From the IMG/VR virus record IMGVR_UViG_2667528172_000003, positions 212-64,211 of that record: 64,000 nt of DNA; one strand, given 5' to 3'. The DNA is from a virus. Under the pieces are notes generated by a model. The model was not told where the DNA came from, ran no database searches, and worked only from the letters and a program-made list of their open reading frames with translations. The first letter of the stretch is position 1, and every line of letters begins with the position of its first letter. This document shows, in pieces, positions 20,244-29,215 of the stretch. The position numbers were made by a program, and so were the translations under genes.

Positions 20244-20972
20244 TCATTTTCTTGGTGCAGGAATCTGTACTTCAGGCCAGCATTTGCAGTTCGGCAAACA
20301 TCCGGCGTGTCCGGTCATACCGTCCAGCGTCGGCGGGTTATCCCAGCGCACAAATTTATCTTTCATCTTTCGGTGAGAATCACGCGTTCCAGCCCCTTCG
20401 ATACGCCACCAGTAGCCCTCTGAGCCAACCGAAAGAGCTCTGGCCTGCGTCAGCGCGCCGGTAGCTCGTCCAATCTCTGTGCGGGCAATCAGCTGCGCCC
20501 TGCTGGCGGCCACGTCACCGGAGGCCATAATCATCTCGTAGAGCTGATCCGGACGTTCGCCAGTGATAACCGCCTGCATTGCACGCTGTTGTATGTCCAT
20601 CACGCGATCTGCAGCTTCCAGCGGCAGGGACTTCATCAGCTGAATCTGGCGGTATACGATATCCTGCGCCACCTGCCCGACAGGGGTATTACCCACCACA
20701 TCGCGCAGGCCAGCGCCGATTTCCTCTGATACCGATTTCCACAGGTTCCATTCCTCCTGCTCGACCTGGGCAAACATCCTTCGCCCGACCTGCTCTGCCC
20801 AGTCGCTGATTACCTCGGAATAGTCCACCAGCGTTTTCGAAATGCTGTCAGCGCTAGTCTGTGAACCATCGTAGGTACCATCGACGATCTGCCCTATCTG
20901 GTTTGCTATCGCCAACAGGCTTTTTCGATACTGGATCTCCGAACGACGGCGGAGGGCTGGTTTCAGATTCAT
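20244..20972 (-). CDS. Minor head morphogenesis protein (SPP1 gp7/Mu F-like)
   Basis: RAQLIARTE, Y.W...G..TRDSH, GHAG..PNC.C motifs; ATG with GGAGG RBS. Confidence 0.88.
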   Translation of the reverse strand: MNLKPALRRRSEIQYRKSLLAIANQIGQIVDGTYDGSQTSADSISKTLVDYSEVISDWAEQVGRRMFAQVEQEEWNLWKSVSEEIGAGLRDVVGNTPVGQVAQDIVYRQIQLMKSLPLEAADRVMDIQQRAMQAVITGERPDQLYEMIMASGDVAASRAQLIARTEIGRATGALTQARALSVGSEGYWWRIEGAGTRDSHRKMKDKFVRWDNPPTLDGMTGHAGCLPNCKCWPEVQIPAPRK

Positions 20973-22299
20973 CCTCCGACCACTGGGCCTTCGCATGGTC
21001 AATATCCTCGTCGGTAATGGATGCGCCAATACCCGTCACGCGCGCCGTCTCCCTGAGGTCGGTTAATGCGGCGGCGGGAGGCATCCCCAGCTCACGCACG
21101 GCGGTCGCCAGTGCGGTAGTGGTGTTGGTTGCCACGGTTGAACGGTCAACGTCTGACATCTGCCAGAGGGGGTTAAATTCGAACGCAAAATCGTCCGGCA
21201 GCGGCTCCCCAAACTCCGAGCGGTGAAGCACGTCATAGAGCAGACGAACTGGGCCACGTAGCGTATTTTCCTGCGCGGCACCGACGTCATCGTAGTAGTT
21301 CGCCAGATCCGAATCGCCCGTTGAAAACCCTTTCGGCGACTGGCGAAAAAGGCGAACCAGCGGAATGCCGACGGCTCCAGCAATATCCTCCTTGAACTCG
21401 CTCAGCAGATCAGATAACCCGGCGAACGAGTAGGAGTGCGTTTCGAAGGTATCTTCAGCATCAAAGAGAGACATCCCCTCATTGGTCTGGAACTGGCGCA
21501 CCATGTCCATTTGTTTGAGCAGCGCTTCGTATGGTTTTCCACCCATCGCAATAATTTTGCGCAGTTCCTTGATTTTTGCCGTGCGCAGATGCGCTTTGTA
21601 AGCGAGCTGTGCCGCACCAACACTCGTACTGTCATACGATGTCAGGCGGTCGAAGATACGCTCTACAACGGACATTCCCCACTCGTTTTCTGTGAGAGCT
21701 TGCTGGTACGGTAGGGTTATCCCATCCATACGAATCAGCCGGCTGTAATTCACCGTCCAGGGGGGAATACCCTGTGCAGAAGTAACGATTTCGTAAGTTT
21801 CGGGTTTACCAAGCTCAGGCCCGAGTGTCTTGATGCGTCGCCCGAGATTAGGGTTAATCATCCAACGATCGAGAACAGCGAGGCCTTTAAAGCTGCCTTT
21901 TCCCACTTTATCCAGCACCAGAGGCGTCAGAGGTGCCTGACCCTCAATGAGGATTAGCCCAACGGCACCACCATACAGCCTGGACCATTTCAGTATGAGG
22001 TTCAGCCGCTCCCAGAGTTTTAGCTCTTCAAATCGGGCCTCCAGAATCCCTCGCCGCTTTGGGTCAATTTCGCTGGTTATTCTGGCCCCTTTTTTTGTCA
22101 TATCGTCGGGCTTTGCATCAACAGCTGCGCCGATGATCCATGAAGAACGATACGCCCATTCCAACAGCAGACGATTGCGGCTGGTGTAATTGGCTCGATA
22201 AGTTGACGCTGCATGCTGATTTGGCTGCTGCATGCCAACTCGCGCGACAAAGTTATCGTAAGAGTCGGCTGTGGCGACTCTTCCTGTTTTTTTCGCCAT
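20854..22299 (-). CDS. Portal protein (DUF1073-like)
   Basis: 481 aa after terL; YRSSWI...VD..PDDMT, WSRLYGG, WG.SV, IPL.RLF..SP.GF motifs. Confidence 0.88.
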   Translation of the reverse strand: MAKKTGRVATADSYDNFVARVGMQQPNQHAASTYRANYTSRNRLLLEWAYRSSWIIGAAVDAKPDDMTKKGARITSEIDPKRRGILEARFEELKLWERLNLILKWSRLYGGAVGLILIEGQAPLTPLVLDKVGKGSFKGLAVLDRWMINPNLGRRIKTLGPELGKPETYEIVTSAQGIPPWTVNYSRLIRMDGITLPYQQALTENEWGMSVVERIFDRLTSYDSTSVGAAQLAYKAHLRTAKIKELRKIIAMGGKPYEALLKQMDMVRQFQTNEGMSLFDAEDTFETHSYSFAGLSDLLSEFKEDIAGAVGIPLVRLFRQSPKGFSTGDSDLANYYDDVGAAQENTLRGPVRLLYDVLHRSEFGEPLPDDFAFEFNPLWQMSDVDRSTVATNTTTALATAVRELGMPPAAALTDLRETARVTGIGASITDEDIDHAKAQWSEDESETSPPPSFGDPVSKKPVGDSKPDRADRRWYLRWFTD

Positions 22300-22304
22300 A
22301 GCTT

Positions 22305-23921
22305 TTATGCTCCGAGCTTAGACCAGATATCGAGAGAGGAATCCATTGGCGCATAGTTGATCATCACTGAGTCAGCCAGGTTAGGCGACTTAGTGCCATC
22401 AGGTTGCTTATTAACTGATATTTTCCCTACGCCATTAATGGAATAAGTCGGTTGTGAAAGCTCGATGATGAGTTTGTCTTTGCTCTCCATCGCACCGCTG
22501 ATGGAAATGATTTCGTCAGGGTCGTAGGGCATCTTCTCAACCACTGCACGGTATGTGTTTCTAAACAACTTGCGGAGATGCCACCAGCTCTGTGCTTTAG
22601 CGTTGGCGAAGAAATCCTTGTTAAGCCGCGCATTCTGTCCGTTGTCGCCGCGCACAGCTTCGTCCTCAGGGTCAAACACACCGCCACTGCCACGGAAAGG
22701 GGTAGCAAGCATGATTGGACGCTGCTCGGCTTTACGTAGCTCATTGATGGCTCTGGCATCACCTCGAACGCCAGCGCCCAGCCCATCCTCGTCAAAGCGA
22801 AACTCTTCGAGGCGATCCTCTTCGCAGAAACCGAAAACCTTCTCAACAGACTGGTAAATATCACTGCCAACACCGGACCACTCCCGTACATTCTCAAGCA
22901 GGAAACCGTGTCGGGTAGAAAATGAGTTTTTATCCCGCCCTTCGTCGGCGACGTCCATTGCGCCCAGGCGTTTGCCAGTTGGCAGGATTCCCAATGTGAT
23001 ATGTGCATCGACGGCAGCCTGTACCCATTCTGAGGGGATCAGCACACCTTCAGCTGACGCGCTGTAGTTCAGGTCTAATTCCTGTGCCACAACAACCGGG
23101 TTATCGATTTTGTCGCATTCCTTGCGATACCACTCATCGTCTTTACGTGGATCACTGCGCCAGTGGAATGTAAACACAGGGATTTTCCCGCTGTGCCGTT
23201 TCTGGGCAAAAGGGTTTGCCATACCGTTGACCGATGAAAGATCTATACGGCAGCGTGTTGTTTGAGAAAGAGAAGCCTCAATAAGCATCGGTCGCTTAAG
23301 GAATGCCGCCTCATCCACGAAATAAAGCGTGGTGCGGTCACCACGTCCGATATTATCGCCTGCTTCCCCAGTAATCACTGAGCCGCTCTCCGGAAACTCC
23401 ACCCGCATATAAGGTGCATGTTTCTTATAGTTCCAACCTCCCCGGAATTCGACGGGCAGCATTTCAACGAATTTACGGGCTTTCCAGAACAGCGCTTTTG
23501 GGCTGCCGGTACTGTCGACATATTCCTCTTTACGGGAACCGAACCCGATCACCATTTCTTTGTTGAACAGGCAAAGCGAACAGGCCAGACCGATAGAGGT
23601 CCAACTAAGCCCCATTTCGCGGCTTTTTTCTGTCAGTCCGTTCTCTAGCCCCTTGCGGCGTTCCATAATCCAGTTTATCCATTCTTCCTGTTTCGGAAAC
23701 AGCAAGAATGGTATGGACACGGGAAGCCCAAAATCGAGGTTACGCGGGTCCGTCGTCATCCCCCAATCAATAATAAATTGTGCTGGATTATCACGGTAGA
23801 ATGCCCTTAACATCGGCAATGTTTCTGGATGTTGACGAATACGTTGTAAACGTTCCATTCTCCACTCGAACACCTGCACATAATCAGGGTTTTGGAAATC
23901 AAAAGGAAATGGAATAGGCAT
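22305..23921 (-). CDS. terL: Terminase large subunit
   Basis: [10 protein letters not shown] ATPase motif, [13 protein letters not shown] Walker B, G.DVADEG.D and SPNLADS nuclease motifs. Confidence 0.92.
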   Translation of the reverse strand: MPIPFPFDFQNPDYVQVFEWRMERLQRIRQHPETLPMLRAFYRDNPAQFIIDWGMTTDPRNLDFGLPVSIPFLLFPKQEEWINWIMERRKGLENGLTEKSREMGLSWTSIGLACSLCLFNKEMVIGFGSRKEEYVDSTGSPKALFWKARKFVEMLPVEFRGGWNYKKHAPYMRVEFPESGSVITGEAGDNIGRGDRTTLYFVDEAAFLKRPMLIEASLSQTTRCRIDLSSVNGMANPFAQKRHSGKIPVFTFHWRSDPRKDDEWYRKECDKIDNPVVVAQELDLNYSASAEGVLIPSEWVQAAVDAHITLGILPTGKRLGAMDVADEGRDKNSFSTRHGFLLENVREWSGVGSDIYQSVEKVFGFCEEDRLEEFRFDEDGLGAGVRGDARAINELRKAEQRPIMLATPFRGSGGVFDPEDEAVRGDNGQNARLNKDFFANAKAQSWWHLRKLFRNTYRAVVEKMPYDPDEIISISGAMESKDKLIIELSQPTYSINGVGKISVNKQPDGTKSPNLADSVMINYAPMDSSLDIWSKLGA

Positions 23922-23952
23922 TTTTCTCTTTTAACCACACAGGAATTGATGT

Positions 23953-24369
23953 ATGAGTTTTTCTAGGCTTTTGTCCCACTTCACAACCCTGAAATCTGAA
24001 CAAGTTGGCTCTACCAATTACGTACTTGGAGCGTTCCAATCAGACATTTCAGGGCAAAGTCGAACTATTTTAATTGACGTATCTCACCAAAGCAGAACGC
24101 AAGCTAATTATCTGTCCAGCCTAAATATGATGATGGGCAAATGGGACTGTTATAACTTGGTGGTTTACTTAAATTCTGCAACGCAAACCCTCAGCCCAAG
24201 CATTAAAGCGAATGTCTGGTGTTTCGTAGATGCTAATGCACTCCCATTAACGGTTAATGGATATGAGATATTCCCTCTTATCAACCAAGATCCGGAGCAG
24301 GTTCATTATGAGGGTATGCTGTGCTTTTCACCCAGTCACCGAGCATGCGTAACTGAGGACAGCATTTAG
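23953..24369 (+). CDS. Hypothetical moron (138 aa), antisense between terS and terL
   Basis: AGGA RBS 8 nt before ATG; fills terS-terL gap; no recognisable family. Confidence 0.65.
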   Translation: MSFSRLLSHFTTLKSEQVGSTNYVLGAFQSDISGQSRTILIDVSHQSRTQANYLSSLNMMMGKWDCYNLVVYLNSATQTLSPSIKANVWCFVDANALPLTVNGYEIFPLINQDPEQVHYEGMLCFSPSHRACVTEDSI

Positions 24370-24396
24370 CAGGAAAAATGCGGGTAAATCGTCTCT

Positions 24397-24424
24397 ATTT
24401 AACATAATGGTCGTTACCCGCACT
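24397..24424 (-). other. XerC/XerD recombination site (dif/psi-like), copy 2
   Basis: AGTGCGGGTAA-CGACCA-TTATGTTAAAT; same orientation as copy 1. Confidence 0.85.
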
Positions 24425-24569
24425 GGCGCAACAGCACCCATCACGCAAACGGCGCGAAGCCTCTGTTTTGAACAGAAAAGTGGTCAAATCGGGATGAATA
24501 AAACGTGCATAAAACGGGTCAAAAAGTGCATAGCGTTTTTACGGTTCGAAACGCCTGTTTTTGCAATTT

Positions 24570-25172
24570 TCAGCCTAGGTATTTTTTGTAGATATCTGCT
24601 GCTTCCTGCGGGGTCAGGTTCGCCGCGTCGGCTTTGGCTGCCTCGTCCATATTGTTGAACGGTTCGAAAATTTTCGGTGCTCCCAGCTCCATAAGCAGGG
24701 TTTCCGGAACTTTTACCCCCTCAGCCTCAAGCAGCTGCGCCGCCTCCAGCGCGGAGTATTTCCCGGCCACCTTGTGTTTCATCACCTCACGAAGCACATC
24801 ACGCTGGCGTTCTTCCTCGCTATAGACGCTGGTACCAAGACCGAGCGCCTTTGAGAAAACAGCAATATCGTTGTGCGTGGGCAGCACATCTTCAATCGTG
24901 GTTTTCACACCATCCGGCGATGTGGTGACAACCTTCCGTTTGCGAACGTCCAGGCTCTTACCGGCGACGCGGTTTATTTTCTCTCTGAGAGCTTCGCGAG
25001 CCTCAGTGAAAGCGCGCTCAAACTCGATATTCTCTTTACGCCAGCGACGGATCGTCGTCTCGTCCACACCTAAGCGCTGAGCAACCATCCGATTGCTGAT
25101 TTTGCTACGGGCTAATGCCATGTCCATAACGATACCGACGTAGGCTTTTCTGAAGCTTTTTTTAGGAGCCAT
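24570..25172 (-). CDS. terS: Terminase small subunit (N-terminal HTH)
   Basis: VAQRLGVDETTIRRWRKENIEFERAF; C-terminal LTPQEAADIYKK; upstream of terL. Confidence 0.8.
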   Translation of the reverse strand: MAPKKSFRKAYVGIVMDMALARSKISNRMVAQRLGVDETTIRRWRKENIEFERAFTEAREALREKINRVAGKSLDVRKRKVVTTSPDGVKTTIEDVLPTHNDIAVFSKALGLGTSVYSEEERQRDVLREVMKHKVAGKYSALEAAQLLEAEGVKVPETLLMELGAPKIFEPFNNMDEAAKADAANLTPQEAADIYKKYLG

Positions 25173-25416
25173 ACTTCCGCCTAAGTCAATGTGATTATTT
25201 TTTGTTCAAAATCCAATTTCTCCGATCCGGGTGCGGCGTATCACGCGGTAAATTCTGGCGTGCAGGCCGCGTCCTCTCTGGTGCCAAGTGCGGCATATCA
25301 GAGGGGGTAAAAATGCGGCATATCCTTTTTTTCGGGAAAACTGCGATTTGATGCCCGGAGGCTGCGCAGAATGGGGAGATAGTGGATCGCCCTAATATTT
25401 CCACTATGTGGATAAC

Positions 25417-26421
25417 TCAGTCCAGATCCATCTCTACCACTTCACCGAACAGGTGGCCGTAAACGTCCATTGTGGTTTTGATGTTCGAATGCCCAATAAG
25501 GCGAGAAACCTTCAAAATATCGACGCCTTTGTTTGCCAGGCGAGATACAGCAAAGTGGCGAAGATGATGGAATCGTTTAATGCCATAGTCGTTCAGGGTT
25601 CTGACGAGAACGCCCTGAGTGCCGTAGCTGGTAGCGAGGCATGCGCCGGTAAACTGGTTGCTGATAAGAGGCTCAGAGGTACCGAGTTTACTTTTATCCA
25701 GCAACGCGAAAAGCTCACGCGGCATCCTTACCCGGCGCTCCACTCCTCTTTTCAGCCCCTCATGTATAACGCCGTCAACAACATGCCCCCGGACGTCGAT
25801 CCAGTCGGCTGACACGTCGTTATAAGTAACCGCCAGAGCCTCACCGATGCGCAGGCCACAAATCCCGAGCCAGCACGCGATACGCTCACGAACTGGCGCG
25901 TTATTCAGTAGCTCCCTGACCGATGATGATGGCGGTATGGTGATGGGTCGACGCTTCCGGCGCGCGGGACGGTCAACGGGGTTAAAAGTGATGAGCCGTT
26001 TTTCCACCAGCAGGAAGAAAGCCGAACGAATCCACCGATAGCAGCCGGTGCGAACCGAATCAACGATATCGCGATGGCTGATATGGAGAATATTTTTTTC
26101 CAGTATCGGCCCCTCTACAGCGAGAAGATCGTGACGGCATTTCGTATAAGACGATAGTCGTATGATATTTTTTTCCAGCTTTCCAGCCTGATAGCCAAGA
26201 TAAAACAGAATTAACTTTCGGAAAGTCCAGGAATGGTCTATTCCGGTCCAGTTGGCGGTTCGACAGTCCAGCTCGATATTCTGTTTTTGCCAGAAAAGAT
26301 GTGCGGCATCATCAATATTCTTAAAAATGCGGCGGCGTCCATGACCGGATTTTTCATCCTTCCAGTGGACGTAATATTTTGATTGTCCAATGGCATCAGT
26401 GGATTGTTTTATCGAAGCCAT
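25417..26421 (-). CDS. Second tyrosine recombinase (334 aa) between lysis cassette and terS
   Basis: Catalytic R (GLRIGE), H-x-x-R (FHHLRH), H (LIGHS), Y (TMDVYGH); GAGGA RBS before ATG. Confidence 0.9.
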   Translation of the reverse strand: MASIKQSTDAIGQSKYYVHWKDEKSGHGRRRIFKNIDDAAHLFWQKQNIELDCRTANWTGIDHSWTFRKLILFYLGYQAGKLEKNIIRLSSYTKCRHDLLAVEGPILEKNILHISHRDIVDSVRTGCYRWIRSAFFLLVEKRLITFNPVDRPARRKRRPITIPPSSSVRELLNNAPVRERIACWLGICGLRIGEALAVTYNDVSADWIDVRGHVVDGVIHEGLKRGVERRVRMPRELFALLDKSKLGTSEPLISNQFTGACLATSYGTQGVLVRTLNDYGIKRFHHLRHFAVSRLANKGVDILKVSRLIGHSNIKTTMDVYGHLFGEVVEMDLD

Positions 26422-26487
26422 TTTGAACAATCCTCACGCAAAGAACATTATCAAAGCCTCTCGACGAAAAGCTTTGATAATGACCAT

Positions 26488-26511
26488 AAAAAGGGTCGCC
26501 GTAGCAACCCT
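26488..26511 (-). terminator. Intrinsic terminator after GrlR-like moron
   Basis: Minus strand AGGGTTGC-TACG-GCGACCCT-TTTT. Confidence 0.7.
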
Positions 26512-26587
26512 GAACATGTTAATAACTTGAGCAACTGGCAGCCTTAACATTTCCCTCTAGAGAAAAACACTATAAGGCTGGTTGTGT

Positions 26588-26911
26588 CTACCCCACCAAA
26601 TCGCCGATAAATTTTGCATGGACAGTTAATTGTGAGTTAGGTACGCCTGCTATTGAACCTTCAAGCAAATGACCATTCGGGGCTTCGTGGATATTAAGTG
26701 TGGTTCTGTATTCTTTAACCCCCGGAATGACACATTGTGCTTGAGGGTCGTGTTGGAACACCAACAAATCTAGCTTGTCATTCTTAATGATGCCTTGGTA
26801 AGTGAACCCAAAATCACCACCATTCACGGTATTACCACGCACAACCACAGTTCCATTGCCGACTTCATTCTGAGCACTTTTAAACACAACAAAATAAATA
26901 CCATCTTTCAT
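26588..26911 (-). CDS. GrlR-family protein (107 aa)
   Basis: MKDGIY..F...G.G..V..G..V.GGD....YQG ... HAKFI closely parallels LEE GrlR (MKDGIY...GGD...YQG...YAKFI); AAGGA RBS. Confidence 0.8.
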   Translation of the reverse strand: MKDGIYFVVFKSAQNEVGNGTVVVRGNTVNGGDFGFTYQGIIKNDKLDLLVFQHDPQAQCVIPGVKEYRTTLNIHEAPNGHLLEGSIAGVPNSQLTVHAKFIGDLVG

Positions 26912-26966
26912 GTTTGCAGTCCTTTGGAAGCAATACACCTCAGTTAGGTGCCTAATATTTATTGGG

Positions 26967-27569
26967 TCAAGATGGAGTATTCTCAATATCATCATGAGAA
27001 AATTCTTGTTTTTTTTGCGCTATGTGATCTCTCTCAAATTCTATCTGCCGAATACCTTTTAACTGGTTATTCGCTTTTTCGATAGCGGCCAGCAGCGGCT
27101 TGATCCAGAGAACAGCCTGGCAATACGTCAGCGAGCTGGTGGAAGTGGCGCCATCACTGGCTGCGTCAGCGTTCCCGGAATTGGTGTGCATTGCGCTGGC
27201 ACGTAAACTGTTCGCGTATTCGAGCAACCCACCAGCGACATCAGCAGGAACAGGCAGATCACAGGTTTTTTCACGGTGGAGGATCTCCCGGTATTCGATA
27301 ACAGTTTTATCGGAGCTGGCATCAATCAGTGAGTTAAGTCGGCTGGCGTTTTCGGCCACCTGGTTAAACCGGTTGAAGTTGAAAGCCTGAGCAGCGATAA
27401 CCCCCCCCTGCAGGGTGTTGTCACTGCGCAGAACGTCATTATCACTCTTCAGCGTAGCAACGTCAGATCGGCTGTTTGCCAGCAGGATGCACAACACCGC
27501 AATAACAATCACCACGGCCACCAGCGCTATCGAACGCCTTGCGGCTTTGATATCGGCAAAGGTGATCAT
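26967..27569 (-). CDS. Rz: Rz i-spanin (Qin RzpQ-like)
   Basis: N-terminal TM helix, coiled coil, follows endolysin, contains embedded lipoprotein ORF. Confidence 0.85.
   Translation of the reverse strand: MITFADIKAARRSIALVAVVIVIAVLCILLANSRSDVATLKSDNDVLRSDNTLQGGVIAAQAFNFNRFNQVAENASRLNSLIDASSDKTVIEYREILHREKTCDLPVPADVAGGLLEYANSLRASAMHTNSGNADAASDGATSTSSLTYCQAVLWIKPLLAAIEKANNQLKGIRQIEFERDHIAQKKQEFSHDDIENTPS
27128..27274 (-). CDS. Rz1: Rz1 o-spanin lipoprotein embedded in Rz (+1 frame)
   Basis: GTG start, KKPVICLFLLMSLVG|C lipobox, Pro-rich mature part. Confidence 0.8.
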   Translation of the reverse strand: MKKPVICLFLLMSLVGCSNTRTVYVPAQCTPIPGTLTQPVMAPLPPAR

Positions 27570-28090
27570 TTCAGACCGTCCAAGCAGAGAGCTTCTTCTT
27601 TACCTGCGCGAATAACCAGCCCAGGAAGAACTCGACCACCACCATAAACCCAGCGAGAGAACTGATTACACGCAGACTTATACGCAACCGGCCCCTCACG
27701 GAATAAATTAAACATGGTGGATTTACGCATATTCCCGCACCCGGCGCGGAACGTGACCGATACTACAGCGCTGAAAGTATCATCAGACAGATTTCTGCCA
27801 TTGGCATACCGATTAACGCATGATTCAGCATCGAGGATATTTTTTTCCCATTCCGCCGCGATCTGCTGGTCGTTTTTAACTGTGCCGGGTTTAACGCCGT
27901 GGGTGTTTCCCATGCCATCGGTGAGCACTCCAGCGGGGCAAACATAAGGATCACGACGACATGACTCCGCGTTACCGATGAGCTCAAGTCCGCGCTCATT
28001 GGTTCGAACATGCCCGTTACCGAGCACTATCGCGATGATCGCAGCAACTGAACAAACAATACCCGCAGCGCCTGCCTTTTTATTTTGCAT
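27566..28090 (-). CDS. SAR endolysin (GH24 lysozyme)
   Basis: Weakly hydrophobic N-terminus; E-x8-C-x5-T triad (NAESCRRDPYVCPAGVLT); FSRWVYGGG..LPGL..R. Confidence 0.9.
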   Translation of the reverse strand: MQNKKAGAAGIVCSVAAIIAIVLGNGHVRTNERGLELIGNAESCRRDPYVCPAGVLTDGMGNTHGVKPGTVKNDQQIAAEWEKNILDAESCVNRYANGRNLSDDTFSAVVSVTFRAGCGNMRKSTMFNLFREGPVAYKSACNQFSRWVYGGGRVLPGLVIRAGKEEALCLDGLK

Positions 28091-28397
28091 TTGCGTTTAT
28101 CCTGTTAATGGCATCTGTAACAACCTTGACGCTTGCCGGACGATCCGCAGGAGGTAGCTTTCGGGCATCATCAAAATATTTTTCCAGCAACTGAGTGCGG
28201 CGCTGGTCCTCTTTATGGAGTTTTCTAGCGTCAAGCCGACCGGATATAAAAGAGGCCAGAGAAAGAAGTACGCCAATCAGACCGAAAAACATGAAAACCA
28301 TGTCTTGGGTTGAAAATCCCAGAGCCGCTGATACAGCTGCCAGCCACGCGAAAAACTGGGTAACTAAATTACCTGACTGGTCATTCATACGATGCAT
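28080..28397 (-). CDS. Holin with dual-start motif (MHRM)
   Basis: Two TM segments, charged C-terminus, GGAGG RBS, Met1/Met4 starts; directly before endolysin. Confidence 0.75.
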   Translation of the reverse strand: MHRMNDQSGNLVTQFFAWLAAVSAALGFSTQDMVFMFFGLIGVLLSLASFISGRLDARKLHKEDQRRTQLLEKYFDDARKLPPADRPASVKVVTDAINRINANAK

Positions 28398-28456
28398 TCC
28401 ACACCTCCGGGTCCGGGGTGCTGTGTGTTGAAAAAAGAAATTATTTTGCGGAAAAC

Positions 28457-29008
28457 TTACGGCAGAGCATTTGATAGAGCCTCTTCGAGGCTGAGACGCC
28501 GGAAGCACTTAAGCTCTGTCTGGCGGCTACTGTTGATGATATTCACCTTACCGGCCAGCGCACTGGTGGTATTGGCAAACTCACCGCGCCATCGCGTAAC
28601 ACTCTCTGCTGTAGGGTTATCCAGCCCGACGTGCTCACCATGCCAGTGACTACCGCCATTAATTGAGCAGTCAAACCCTAACAGGATGATGTTTTTCGCC
28701 CCCATACTGGCAGCAAAAAGAATTGAGCGCTGCCCGGAGTTGAAGGCCCACCGGGTATCTGTATCAAACAGATTTAGCCCATAGCGTTTATGAGCCTGGT
28801 AATTACAGGTCCAGCGAGAGGCGGAGGAAGGCAGAACATCGATGTTTGCATCCCACCAGCGAAGATCACCCGCATAAATGTATTCACAATCAGGCACGGC
28901 TCGCCAGGTGGAGTTAACAGCAATAACCGGCAGCCCCGATCCGGAGATCAGTTCGCAATCTGATTTATTGAAAGACGGGCCGGATGCACAAATGATGAAT
29001 GTATTCAT
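28457..29008 (-). CDS. DUF115/GT29-like transferase-fold protein (183 aa)
   Basis: IICASGPS, VIAVN, YAGD..WW, NSG..SI..A...GA..I.LLGFDC, HWHG.H motifs. Confidence 0.6.
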   Translation of the reverse strand: MNTFIICASGPSFNKSDCELISGSGLPVIAVNSTWRAVPDCEYIYAGDLRWWDANIDVLPSSASRWTCNYQAHKRYGLNLFDTDTRWAFNSGQRSILFAASMGAKNIILLGFDCSINGGSHWHGEHVGLDNPTAESVTRWRGEFANTTSALAGKVNIINSSRQTELKCFRRLSLEEALSNALP

Positions 29009-29192
29009 TCGTGTTGACCTAGTTAGGGAATAATTTGTTACGGTTGCCGATGTTTATCTTCGGCTTGTCTCTGAGTGACTGTTATTAACCGTATGAGATA
29101 GACCACTGAGCAAATGCTGAAGAGGGACGTTCTTCGAAGGAGACCCTCGCAGCATGGAGCCAATACAATCATTAGTATTTTGCTACGCCCAC

Positions 29193-29215
29193 AAAAAAGC
29201 CCGCTATGCGGGCTT
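29193..29215 (-). terminator. Intrinsic terminator of the peptide/membrane-protein moron
   Basis: AAGCCCGC-ATA-GCGGGCTT-TTTT on minus strand. Confidence 0.75.

Noticed and set aside
20854-22299. Portal family is sometimes auto-labelled as anti-CBASS Acb1
   Set aside because: Length, motifs and position between terL and minor head protein indicate an ordinary portal.
25398-25415. Perfect DnaA box (TTATCCACA, minus, 25407-25415) with a degenerate inverted partner after the second recombinase
   Set aside because: About 0.5 perfect 9-mers are expected by chance in this window; no cluster or AT-rich unwinding element supports an origin.
27000-27274. Rz1 stops after 48 aa while the Rz tail (LTYCQAVLWIKPLL..IEKAN) looks o-spanin-like, suggesting a frameshift
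   Set aside because: As I recall, Qin RzpQ-type proteins end the same way, so this is the normal embedded architecture rather than a lesion or recoding.
29009-29190. Possible tRNA genes in the Q-to-holin interval
   Set aside because: Only short hairpins; no cloverleaf, T-loop or CCA.
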